Assembly (NCBI RefSeq): GCF_009914755.1
Contig: NC_060931.1
Source: the human T2T-CHM13v2.0 reference genome, Homo sapiens
Direction: 5' to 3' (one strand)
DNA length: 64,000 nucleotides
The notes under the pieces are model-generated. The model ran no database searches. It saw only the letters and a list, made by a program, of their open reading frames with translations, and was not told the DNA's origin. Position 1 is the first letter of the stretch, and each line of letters begins with the position of its first letter. Positions 29,601 through 42,314 of this stretch are shown here, piece after piece. A program made the translations under genes and the position numbers.

Positions 29601-30224
29601 TCATTCAATGGATCAACTATCATTGGGCATCTCCACCTGCGAGAGACGGCGCTAGCCCCTGGGGATCCAGTCCCCGGTGAGCTGGAAAGCTACTCTGTGC
29701 TCTCAGAGGACTTGGAACAGAGAATGCAGACAGGGTGGCAGGAATGCAGGAATGTGCTCACAGTGCAGGAACCTGGTGGCTCGCAGAGAAGGGCACCAAA
29801 CTTAGACCTGGGAGATCAGGACCCTCTCCCCCAAAACCTGGAGGATTGCTCCAAAGCTGTACCGAGTCAGTGGCGGAGGCCGGGTGAGCGTGGGGAAGGG
29901 CATCAGACACGGTATACCTGCTCCACCTTTCCCTTTTGTTTTGTTGTCACAAGAGGCACTACTTCGCTGCCTCCGTCTCCTCTGTGGGTGGAAAGGATGG
30001 ACCCAAAGGAACAGAAGGCTGTGGCCACTCGACGATGGTTTTGATAGGGACTTATCTTGCTCTCTCTCCCTGGACACTCTCTTTCTAGGCCTGCAGCCTC
30101 TCTCCTCCCTTCCCATTTCCAAAGCCTCTGCCCCAACCTGATCCAAGTATTATATGTAAACCTGTCATTAGGGTTCTTTAAATCAAGGCTTTTTGATGAC
30201 AAAAAGAGGGTTTAAAAAAAAAAT

Positions 30225-30609
<385 letters not shown>

Positions 30610-32928
30610 TCAGTGTGCCCTGTGTGGTTTTGGTCTGGGCTGCATTGGCGTGGCCTGTTTTTTTGTTTTTGTTTTTGTTTTTCCCTTATTACTGTTCGTG
30701 GAGTGTTTTAGTTTGCTTTTTTTGTTTGTTTGGTTGGTTCTTTTTGGACTCTGCGAATGGATGTCTAATGCTCTCGTCTCCCTGGCAGGACCTCCTTCCT
30801 GTGTCTGCAGTTTCTCTTGTAGCCACACCGTCTGCCCGATCATCAGTGCTAGGAAAATAGCGATGAGAACAGACCTTTCGAAGCCCGATTATCAGAAAGA
30901 GTGTCTTCATGCTTGAAATCTGAATATAAAACAGACGCCCCTGAAGTGCATCCCTGTGACACTGCCTGTACAGCACCGTTAAATATCTCATCGGCAGTAA
31001 TAGCTTAAGACTACTGTGCTCAGTCACTTCTTTGGGTGTCACTCATAGCAATCCCCATCCCTGCCATCATCATTATCACACAGCACTGCCATAATGACAA
31101 TTATAAAGATGTTAGAAAGCTGAGACAAGTCATTCTGAATTAAACCGCAGCTCCCATAGGTCCTCTGAAATTACCCGTTTCCAATATCTCCATTGTTTCC
31201 CTACCCAAAAGCAAAAAGGGGAGACAAATGTCTCTTGAGCGATGCACAAAATACATTATAAGCCTGGGAATAATCAAAGCTAACTGTGTTCAGTAGAGAG
31301 AGATGCACTGTGACTAAGTTTCACTGAATTTTAATGGCATAATTTTTAGCCCAGAAAGCAAGCTCATGTGTGCCGGAGTGATTAATGATACAGTTTATGC
31401 AGCTCATTGGTCATACTTAAATTAGTTTAAATATTCATCTGTTGTTTTGTTATAATGAATCTCCATGTTTCTTTTTATTTCTGTTCCCCTGAGTGTTTCC
31501 TCTTGTCTGGTTGGAGGATGTTTGCCTGAATTGGGAAAGAAATGCCAATAGCCCTGTAGGTGACAATGCACCCAGGCTGCTGAAGATCAGGGGAGATGAG
31601 GCAATAAACGCTTCATTTCACACTGTGAAATGCACACACAGCTGCACCAGCTTCTTGAGTGAGATGTCTTGGTGGATTCTGTGAGGTGCCAGGTCAGAGA
31701 TTAAACTTACTGATTTGTGGCACATGAAGCCATTGGATGAAGTTGGATGCTGTTTGCTGTCCCTGGGACTTCCTTTAAAGTCCACACATCAATCTTTATA
31801 CCAACTCCCTGAAAGTCCTCCTTTTATGAGCATTCATAATTTACATTTTGAGTTGGAAAGTCCTGTAACTCTACCTTCTGGGATTTTATGAATTTTCCTC
31901 CCAAATACAAAACTCTCTAGATGCTGAAATTGCATTTGTGGTGAAGAAGGGAAAGGCCATAAGAGTAACTTAATAAGACTTCATGTTACAGAACTGAAAG
32001 ATCTTTCAAATTCACATAAAAGGAGGCCTGCACTTGACACTGTCCTGACTATATAACAACATCTAGAAGTAGACAGTGTTGCCTTTTTATGCTATATCCT
32101 TGGGAGTACAATTTACAAATAGTCTACTACACACTTCTTGCACTTGTGAATCACCCATATAGATCAACCTTTAAAGTGTAAAAAAAAAAAAAAAAAAAAA
32201 AAAACTTTATAACATCCTGAGAATTAATCCTTGGAGAGCTGGCTAGATACAGAATGAAAAATTCCAGACACCACAAGTAGTTAGAGCTCAGCTTCCTGGA
32301 TAAATCAGTTAATTTGGAAATTGTGGCCTCCATACCCGCTAGGCATGTTTGTTCATCCATTGTTCTCCTCCCTATCTCCTAGCCACAGTGAAAGAAAACG
32401 AAGTGTGGTGTACACACACTTCTAGCTATGAAAGCAGCTGCATGATACTGGAAACACAGTGTCTCCAAATGTTTCAGCCTTGGGGGCTTCCCTCATTATT
32501 ACTATCTGAATAAAGTGCTTCAGTCCGCTATGATACTTTACTCTAGGAAACCCAGCTTTGTTCCTCACATTATCAATGACTTCCAGGAGTGTTCAGGAAG
32601 GACCCAACTTTTACACTCACTATTCAACATGTTATTACCATGCTGCTAATGTTCAGCTTTCTTCTACATTATTTGACCCCCAAAACAGACACTATAACCC
32701 AACTAATATAATTCTGTTATAGCATGTTACAAGTTTTTAGCAAAGGTGAGAATCATCAAATTGCATACGGGATGTTATTATTCTTCATATCCATCAAAGT
32801 ACAGGAAGTCCTTCACAGGCAGCCATCTTTTTCTCTGGGCCACACCAGAGAAGCCCCCTGCCTTCTCCTTTCTTTGAGTTTCAAGGACTGAACTTCATGT
32901 CTCACAAGCAGTCAGAGGTGGAAGCAAA

Positions 32929-33621
32929 TGAAATTGCCTTTGCAAAAATTCTAACAGTGAGAGGAATCTCACCTGACTCCATCTTGCTTCTAACCTCACA
33001 AGCTAGCTGACTTTGTTAGCTTTAAAACAAAAATGATACATCCCTTCCTGAAACTAACCCCTCCTTGCTTAGGGACTGAAACCATGTTTGTAAGTCTAAT
33101 GAAAGGACATAAGATTAGGATTATGGGAGGGGCCTGAATTCTGCTAAGATATATGCATAGTTAAACAATAACCAGCTATTGTTCCAGAGGTACAAGATTT
33201 GTAACTTCTCCAACTGCTCCTTTAGATAATATCCATATGGTCAAAACCTAAGATTGGGCTTTGAGGTATTTTCCAGACTTTTGCATTTGGTTTGACCAGC
33301 TGATGCCACCTGAACCCAAGACTCATACCAGGGAACTGGCTCAACCAGTCCTGTGACCTTCATCCAGATACTGACTCAGTGCACAAAGACCATTTTGGAC
33401 ATTCCTATGATTTAATCCCCAGTCAATCTGCAGCACCCATTCCCCATCCCCCTACCCACCAAATTACCTTGAAAAACACTAGCCTCCAAGTTTTACTATC
33501 TCTCATCCTTCTCTTGGCTGGCCCTGCAATAATTAAGTTCTTTCTTTGCTGCAATACCTGCTATACTCAATGCATTGACTTTTCTGAGCAGCAGGCAAGA
33601 TTAACCCATCAGGCTGCTATA
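32929..33621 (+). mobile_element. LTR8-family (8A/8B-like) ERV1 solo LTR
   Basis: tgaaattgcctttgcaaaaatt...gactccatcttgcttctaacctc...ggggcctgaattctgctaagat; 4-bp TSD caaa if the end is at 33621. Confidence 0.85.
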
Positions 33622-34191
33622 CAAATACTTCCTGTTACCTTAGTACTCAAAACAATCTATGGTCCCTCTTCTCAACCTTTCTTTCTTGATTATTTAATCT
33701 CTGTTACCATTCTTACACTTACTTACTTGCAATAACATAATACTTACTCTTTCTGTAATAACTTGCAGGTTATAATTGGATCATGAGTGACCTCTCCCCA
33801 AATTCATTTATCTCATCTTAAGCCTAATGAATGAAAAAATTATCCATAATGAGAGAAAACAGCAGGATCCTTTTCATAAAGAGATGTTTGAAAACAAGTA
33901 TTTTTGGAAATAATATATTAAGATGCCTATGTGGCTATATGACCGATTCTAATGTGTTTAGGCCTTGCTAATATATCGGTATGGGACAATCTCCTTCTTA
34001 AAATTGTCACACTGTATTGTTTGCTTCAGTCCAGGATAGCAGGACTTTTTGACCTGAAAGGAAAAGGTAAGGCAAGGGCAGAGGTTGGACCCTTGTCCCT
34101 TAGGACAAAGCAGGCAGATTTACATCACTGCCTTCCAGGAAATGACAGCTTACCCCCAAAAGTAAAGAAAAAGTGTACTTTAAAAAATACT

Positions 34192-34490
34192 AGCCAGGTG
34201 TGGCGGCTCACACCTGTAATCCCAGCACTTTGGGAGGCCGAGGCAGGCAGATTGCTTGAGCTCAGGTGTTCAAGACCAGCCTGAGTAATATAGTGAGGCC
34301 TCGTCTCTACAAAAAAAAAAATTTTTTTAAATTAGTGTGATGGTGCAGGCCTATAGTCACAGCTACTCAGGAGGCTGAGGTGGAAGGGTCACTTGAGTCC
34401 AGGGGGTCAAGGCTGCGGTGAGCCATGATTGTGCCACTGCCTTTCAGCCTGGGTGACAGAACAAGACCCCGTCTCAAAAATATATATATG
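34192..34490 (+). mobile_element. AluJ
   Basis: Dimer with J diagnostics (gtcaaggctgc, agccatgattgtgcc), tail decayed to (AT)n. Confidence 0.93.
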
Positions 34491-35569
34491 TTTTATACTT
34501 CTCACTATAGAAAAGCCATTTAAAGCATTCTGTGTAGGGGGAATAAAGTGAGACACAACCTGAGTATTATAATGAGCACTGAATTTGTAGTAAAAAGAGT
34601 AAGTCAGATTCTTGATTTGCCTCCTGCAGGCTTTGCACTTTGAAAAAATTATTTACATTCTCTGGGCTTTGGATCTCTTGTTTTTAAAATTCAGAGTTTG
34701 AACCAGATACCCGCCCACCTCATACAGCTTGAAAACTCTACAAGACTCAAGTTTAAAACTTCTGCATTCCAATAAAAGTTAGAACCCTAATCCTCTTGCT
34801 ACAGGCTAGCAAGATTTCTCGTATGAAAATAATGACACTGCAAATCAGTACCTGAGGTCTACCAAAACCTCATGTTGTCAAAACCAAATTGTCATCTAAC
34901 TATTTGAAACCCGCCACAACCCTTTCTCGTACCATTAATGTCAAAGCACACCCTCTGAGCAGAGGCAGCAGTCACTGTTTTTTGTTGTTGTTGTTGTTGT
35001 TTTCTGAGCTTTCTCACATACTAACAGAGGCTTTGATGCAAAATATAGAGCAGTTTCCGACCTAAGGGACTTTGGACCAACAGATATCATGCTAGCCCTA
35101 ATTTTTTCTGTGGGTTTTCACACGACTGTGTGTGAGAAAAGCAAGAGATTTCAGATCTAAACAAGACCCACTATACGAACTAACGAAAATATTGGGTGTG
35201 TGGTCTACAAAACAGCCTAAATAAGTACTTCTCTCTGAAAGATCCCTTTCTCCATAGGCCTATTCAGATTAATATCTAGTTTTCTTCACATTAAAGTGTA
35301 TATGACAGTTGTCATGATAACTTAGTGAAAAGTTTAGCCAATAGAATCTATGTAGCACTTTTAGGCTTCTCCTGCTGTCTGAATTTTTTCTTAATTTTCT
35401 TTCTCTCAAATTCAGCCCACCTAAAGTTTTTGACAGTCTGTTTACCAATCAGGAAAAGATTTAATTCTTATTTGTCTTAAGGCAGACATCCAGGATGGAC
35501 AGTGATTATGGGTTCATGGAATGTTACAACTGGAAGAGTTTATAGGATTCATCTGGTCCCTCATTTTCC

Positions 35570-35718
35570 TACTTGTCAAATGAAAACAATCACCAGGGAA
35601 TGTGTTGAAAATATAGATTTTTAGTCTCCACTCCAACCTGTTGGGTCAGAATCTCAACAGACACAAGAGAATCTGTACTTTTAACAATCATACCATCAAG
35701 CAAATTTGAGAAACGCTG
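35570..35718. mobile_element. MER5-like MITE (degraded)
   Basis: aatcaccaggga...aaatatagatt...tcagaatctc...tttaacaa...tttgagaaacgctg. Confidence 0.6.
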
Positions 35719-36502
35719 ATATAATCCTATGATTTTATTTTGTAAAGAGGTTTATTTTGATTATACATGGTCATATATGAAAAAAAGAAAGGATTTCATA
35801 GCCTTTCGTGAAAGAGTTGACTGCTTCATATCAGTTATAAAACATAAATTGAAAATTATTCCTGAGGTTGAAACACTCAACTTGGGCCTCTCAATTTCTG
35901 AAACTCTTGACTTTGATGATCGTAAAATGACAATGATTATTTTATGTTAATTACAGAAGTCACCTTCCATTCTCTCCCAACCTCAATAACACCTATAGAT
36001 GATATCAAATCGAGGCATGTAGAGCCACACACTATTTTAAAAATGTAGCATTCCTTCATACTCATGAACATTCTCTTAACCTTAACATATGAAATAATCT
36101 CCAAATTCTCACAAAAATGAGTGCCCACCTGAACTAAAGTTTTTTTACACCTTTAAAAATGTAATTGTACAGACGAAATCGGTGTCATAAGGTTACTTTC
36201 ACTAAAATAGTATATCCCTCTAAAAACAACTTTCACCCATTTGCAATCACTGGAAAGTCATAGAAGGTGACTAGAGTAACTGATTTCTCTCAAGAACAAA
36301 TTCATGCTCTCCAAAGGAGATCAGGGTCTGTTTAGAAAACTGAGGTCTAATAATCAAGGTTGCCACCTGGTAGATCTCATGTTCCACACATTTGGATGAC
36401 TTGGCTGATTTCAGGAATATGGGAAAAGTCAGTTTAACCCAGGCTCTCTGAACCAATGTCTCAGATCAAACTGATGACCCCCGGACAGCAAAAATGTGAC
36501 CA

Positions 36503-36724
36503 AGGTGGAAGGATCACTTGAGTCCGGGAGGTCAAGGCTGCAGTGAGCCATGATTGTGTCGCTGCCTTTCAGCCTGGGTAACAGAACAAGACCCCGTCTC
36601 AAAATATATACATATGTTGTATACTTCTCAGTGTAGAAAAGCCATTTAAAGCATTCTGTGTAGGGAGAATAAAGTGAGACACAACCTGAGTATTATAATG
36701 AACACTGAATTTGTACTAAAAAGA
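36503..36724 (+). repeat. Dispersed copy of 34378-34598 (Alu right-arm end plus 3' unique flank)
   Basis: Manual alignment: about 13 substitutions plus a small indel over about 221 bp. Confidence 0.97.
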
Positions 36725-38930
36725 ATCAGGCTTAGCCTTCACTTCACAACCCAGGTTCACATGGGTCCTTCCTGTGCATCCCAAGGTCAGGTTTAACCAC
36801 ATCAACCTCAAAGCCTTCCAAACAGAAAGCATTTGGAAACAACACCATCTCCCCAGATCATTCTACAGTATGAAGCCGTGAAACTGATGGCTCTCGGTTC
36901 CCCTATTCCTGGAACACAAGTCTTCAGTTTCAGATTTGGGGGAAGAGAAATCATCATAGTATGACAATTGGGAGAAAATTACGTTTTTGTTTTCATATGT
37001 CTCCAAATAAAATCCCAATCATATTTTGTACAAAATTTCCATTTTTCATTATTAAAATTTCATTATTTTCAGGCAGCCATTGAAAAAGATTGTGCCCTAC
37101 CAGAATCTGGATATCCTTTTGGGCAACACACTTAACCTCTCTTAGGAGATGTTAATTTGAGTGAGTTTTCACCATTCTATCTACTGCATTCGTAAATTTC
37201 CCTTTTTGATTATTCTAGTCAGGTAACAGTGAGCTCAGCAAAACAAACACACGCACAACTCCAAAGTTCTATGCTTAATGTCAGTGATAAATTTCACCAA
37301 GTAGCTAGAAAAGCAGCTATAATAAAGAATATTCTAATTAGTCTTAGAGGCATTATGTGGCAGAAAATATGGAATTTTTTTTCTTATGCCGAGTTTGCTA
37401 ATTGCCCCCAACAATAGGTGTGAATCTCTTTTGTTATACTTGCAGAAAATATATAGGTTTGACTTCCATCTGGGACACTCTAGAGAAATGAAGGAGTTGC
37501 ATAAAACTTTTAATGCTGTGAACAGCTAGACACAAGTTACATAGCTGCTGAAATGAAACTATACAACAATTTCTCTATATAAACACATTCTGAAAACACG
37601 TTGGGTAAATGGAGATATTGTTGCCACCCTAGAATTGATGGTTTCCATAAATATCAGCATAGCATCCATACTATCTTTTAATTACAATTTTAAACCTGCG
37701 AATATAATACCTTGACTCGATGGTAGTCTCAGAGAATGTATGACTATATTTTATTCCACCACATATAAATTTGTAGAATAGGGTCTTAGTGCTTAGCTCT
37801 GTGAGAACTATCTAACTGTCTGATGATAAAAGTTGAGGAGTTGTTTCTGTGACCAAATATGAACATAAGACCAATTATCTGCAAATACTCCTGTAAGGTA
37901 TATTTCCAGTACTGTTTTATGTTTGGCAGGATTGTGGTGGAGAAGAACAGGGAGATGTTCTAAGTGTTTAAAATTATTTTTACATCCTAGAATCAATGTC
38001 TTCTTAATATCATACTCTCTGGTTGGAAATCTTCAGAGGACAGACACTCAGTGAATAACCTTTAACTAATTTCCAACCCATTTGAGTATGCCAGGAAAAT
38101 AGCATCTTCCAAGTTCTAGTCTAGTTGTTGTATCTGTCTGTGTTGCTTTCCGGCTGCTATAGCCCAGTTAAATTACCAAGTGCTGCTGATCCTTTGGAGC
38201 TTTTCTTAATCCTCTTTTGACCTCTCTAATTTGAATTATTCTGTGTCATCAACAAAGATGTAACAGTTAGGTCTCTGTGAAATCACAAACTAGAATTGCA
38301 ATTAGAGTTTCTTAATCGTTGTGCATATTGTATTGTTGCATGGGGAAAGAAAGTTTTGGAATTTAATTAAAAGAAAGGGGAATTGTCAATGTACTTAATA
38401 TGCCATTATATTTTTTCTTTTAAAATATGGAGTTAAAGAAAAGTTTGATTGTCTTTAATAGTTGCAGTTATCTACCAATGGGGACTACTGAATACATATG
38501 CTGGGGAAATTCAATGTCAAGGAATAATGTATGCTTGAGGAAAGTGTCATTAAAAAAGAATCAGAGGATTAGGGATTCTCTAAGTTTTTAAAAATATATA
38601 TATTCTTAGTTCTTCCGGTTCTGGGCCCATTCCTTTGTTTGTAGAGTTACAAAAAACATGATTGTTTGGTAGTAATTTTCTTTATCCAGCTCTTTTTTTT
38701 TTTTTTTTTGGCAGGTGGTAAAGTTTATTCTTGTAATTTCTTGAGAAGCGTACAGCATATTTTCATTTAGATGAAGTTCAAAAACAAAAATAAACTATTA
38801 AGTGAGTTAGGGCTACAAAATGTGGTCAACTATAAAGAATATCAAGGGAACCATAAACCTGAAATCTGGGAGAGCAGTTTCATCTGAGTCAGGAGGAAAT
38901 AAGTGGATGGAATCAGGCGGAAGCACGTAG

Positions 38931-39427
38931 CGTAAAAGAAAAATTGCACCAGACACTCATTAAAAATGGCAGAGAGACTTTCTTTGAAACGATTGTAATA
39001 TGGATTAAGACTATTGCAGTAGGGGAGAGATTGAACTAGACTCCATTGGCACAAAAGACTGGAAAGTTTTCAAGCATGAAGTGAGCCAGAGAACAGGTAC
39101 TGGAAGATGGTGGGACGATGTGATTAGGCCATCTGCATTTCCTAATTGGCACTTCCAGAATTTAGGCTCCTTACCCTTCCACAGAGACTGAGAGACTGGG
39201 GCCCTCCCTTCTTGATAACAACATTTCAAAGGGATAGCTCCCGGGTCCTTAAGAAAAACACTCCTGGGCTGTAAAAGGTTTACCTCTCAAAGGGCAGAGT
39301 AAGAATTTACAATTGCAAGTTTTCTAATGTAAGTGCTCTAAGAAAAGAGAAGTCAAAGGCCTAGAGTCAGGAAGAAAGCTGTCTGAAGTTTAGTCAAGCT
39401 GAAAGGAACTTAAAGCCTCCTTGGTCA
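38931..39427 (-). mobile_element. MER67-like ERV1 solo LTR
   Basis: Reverse complement begins tgaccaagg...tcagcttgactaaactt...ttcttcctgactctaggcc (family from memory). Confidence 0.72.
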
Positions 39428-39540
39428 ACAGTAAGCTTCAGTGATAATGCTGAGGTCTTGTTTTCTAAAATTAGGTGGGAAGTCCGCTGGTCATTGTATC
39501 ATGACACCTTACACCTTACACATACTTTAAACATTTTCTT

Positions 39541-39676
39541 TAGTATTTGGTAGAAACAGAAATACTACTTAAGTGCTACTTAATAGAAAGTAAATCAATA
39601 GTATTCAACAGAAGCAGAAATGTATTTAATAGCACTAAATAGAAGTATTAATAGCATCCAGTAGATACAGAAATGT
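39541..39676. repeat. Degenerate tandem repeat, about 55-bp period, about 2.5 copies
   Basis: Units start at 39541, 39599 and 39652 with tag(t/c)at...aga..cagaaat. Confidence 0.65.
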
Positions 39677-41363
39677 TCGGCCCAGGGTCAGTGGTGTTGC
39701 CCAGGGGAATAGCCTTCCTGGGTAACATACGCTGAGATTGCTGAGTGGACAAGGTATTTCCATGTGCCGAATTTACACAGTGCACCTCTTTCCTTTTTCC
39801 TGGCTGCACTCGGTCTCTCTGAAGTGAATGGCAGTATTTTTACCCTCGATTTACTGAGGAGGAGACTCAGTCAGAGAGGACATTAATTGTTTCTTCCTAA
39901 TATCACAATAAATTCTCATTCCCTAAGGCTATGTCACTCCCTAGAACTAAGTTATCTACTTAGGGAAGATCATTCGTCACTGCCAGGTCTCCAGGGTAAC
40001 ATCAAGGCTTTATTGTTGCAAGTCGACAAATCGCCTCCCATCTGTCTGCCCTGACTCTGTGACTGCAGCCGCGCGGTGCCCTAGATGTTTCCCCAGTGGT
40101 CTGAAAGAATTAATGTGCCTCCCTAAACATCTAACTTAATGCTAGGGAGGGGCTTAGGCAATGGGGGAAATCCGCCTGGAAGAGATGTTCTGGATGTCAG
40201 TAGGTTGTGCTAATCTGGCTGTGGTCATGGCTCTATTGGGGAGACATTGACAGTCCATCTATGTCTCACTGAAAGATCTTTGTGATATCTACAGGGGCAC
40301 TGGGGAACTAACATTTCAAGAAAATAATAGCGCCAGCAGGTACAGATGGTGTCTCAGACAAAGTTTCTGGGCTCTCCCTGAAGCTTGACATCACATCAGT
40401 GTGTGTGCAACTCTGCATGTGGTTGGTGAGTACAAGGGCAAGAGACAGAGAGGGTAGGAGTCAGACCGAAGGAGCTACCGTGCTGGAGCCCAGTGAAAGG
40501 TGCCAGGAGAACTCATGGCCTCTCTGCTCAGATCTCAAAATCAGAGGAAATGACAAAGAACCAGAAGAACAAAGGAGAAGTGACATATGGGAGGAGACAC
40601 CCAAGGGAAACGTTCAAGGTCCCAACATGACACCTTATTTGCAGAACATCCCCCAAAACAAAGAAATCCTCTGCACTTGTTCAGAGGATTTCTGATCAAC
40701 AGCAGCCAACCCACAGAAGCAGCAGCCCTTGGGCGCTAAGCAGAAGAGAGAACCAATGAGGAGCCATTCACCTCACCTGCTGACGCGAAGGCTGCTTGCC
40801 AGTTTTAGGGGTTTTCTATGTTGATGAGCACTTTGGATTGTTCTGAGAAATTCCCCCTCAACACAAAACACACTCTTTAATGAAGAGATCCCATATTCCT
40901 GGCTCAAAAATTTGACCCTTGAATCATTTATATCATATCATTTTGTTGTAGTCCATGAATTCATGAAAGGCACAGAGTGACCCAGGGCTGGATATCAGCC
41001 AGGTTCCACGCAGACAGAGTGACTGGGATGACTGGATCCCAACACTCGGTGACTCTCCCATTCACCAAGCTCCCTAGTGGTCTAGAATAATACCCAGCCA
41101 CACACCTAGCGAGGGCTCATAGATCTTAAAAAGTTAAAGAACTACTGCCACTGAGCAGATTTTTCATGTCTGTATCTGCTTGCCTGCCAGATTTCCTTCC
41201 TCTTCCATCTCATTGCTGAATTTAAAAATACTTCTAAGTCTATATACATTATAATTGGGTAAAATAAGAAATTCTTCGTAATTTAGAAGATGTATCTCTT
41301 TCCTGAAGACTTCCTCCTACTCCACCCCCAATCTCCAGAGACACATTTTTACCCTTAAGATCC

Positions 41364-41590
41364 TTTTTTTTCCTTTATTTCTTCTAAAAAAAAAAAATGG
41401 GATACATGTTCAGAACGTGCAGGTTTGTTACATAGGTTACATGTGCCATGGTGGTTTGCTGCACCTATTGACCCATCCTCTAAGTTCCCTTCCTTTACCC
41501 GCCACTCCACAAAGGCCCTTGTGTGTGTTATTCGCCTCACTGTGTCCCTGTGTTCTCAATATTCAACTCTTACTTATGAGTGAGAACATG
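41364..41590 (-). mobile_element. L1PA8-like 5'-truncated 3' end
   Basis: tttatttcttctaaaaaaaa...gggatacatg..cagaacgtgcagg; TSD cttaa(ga)tcct. Confidence 0.9.
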
Positions 41591-42314
41591 CTTAATCCTG
41601 AGATTCTGAGCAAGACAACATCCTTTAGAGATGTCTATTGCTTGGAATGTTTTAATCTGTTAGATTTTTGACTGCACATATTAGCTTTAAGAAATTAGAA
41701 TTGAGCATTAACATGTTCAGTTTGTTTTCACTATTAATTTCTCCATAAATTATGTTAGATTGCATTTTTTATAGTATGTGCAAGTGTATGTGCATATACG
41801 TATACACACAGAGAGAGGCTTTGAGCTAAGGATGGTGGATTGCCCACATCTGTTTAAATCTCCCTACCAGGAAACTAGCAGCAAGCATATTACTTCTTCT
41901 TACCCCCTCCTATATTCCTGCCAAGGAGGGAATTTAAAAACTCTTTCAAGGAGAAACAGGTAGCCAGTGATCATCAAACATTAGAGAAAGCATTCACCGT
42001 GACAGAGGCAGGAAAAAGAAAATTCTAAAAGAAAAACTCTAGAATAAACAAAGACATAGTAGGAATCATAAAAAAACTGTTAAGTGAGCAATGCTGACAT
42101 GCCTGCTCCTGGTACCATTATTAGCAGAAAAGTAGATACAAAATGCTTTGATATAAATGAGACATCTATATCTATCAGGTTAACATAGAGATAAAGTGAA
42201 CAGATGAATTTCAAGTGATAGAATTTCCTGTGTGTAGCACCCACATTAGAGGTTATAAGAGGATAAAATTTAAAGTAAATTTGGAATCACCCAGTCTTAC
42301 GTCCTCATTATCAG

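Noticed and set aside
29577-30202. Overlapping 85-155 aa ORFs on both strands
   Set aside because: Explained by locally higher GC; no recognisable protein; starts in an L2 remnant
35940-36140. C/A-skewed stretch resembling a NUMT
   Set aside because: No mitochondrial gene or peptide recognised
38688-38716. Poly-T plus gcag acceptor-like site
   Set aside because: No open exon or donor identified downstream; poly-T tracts are common
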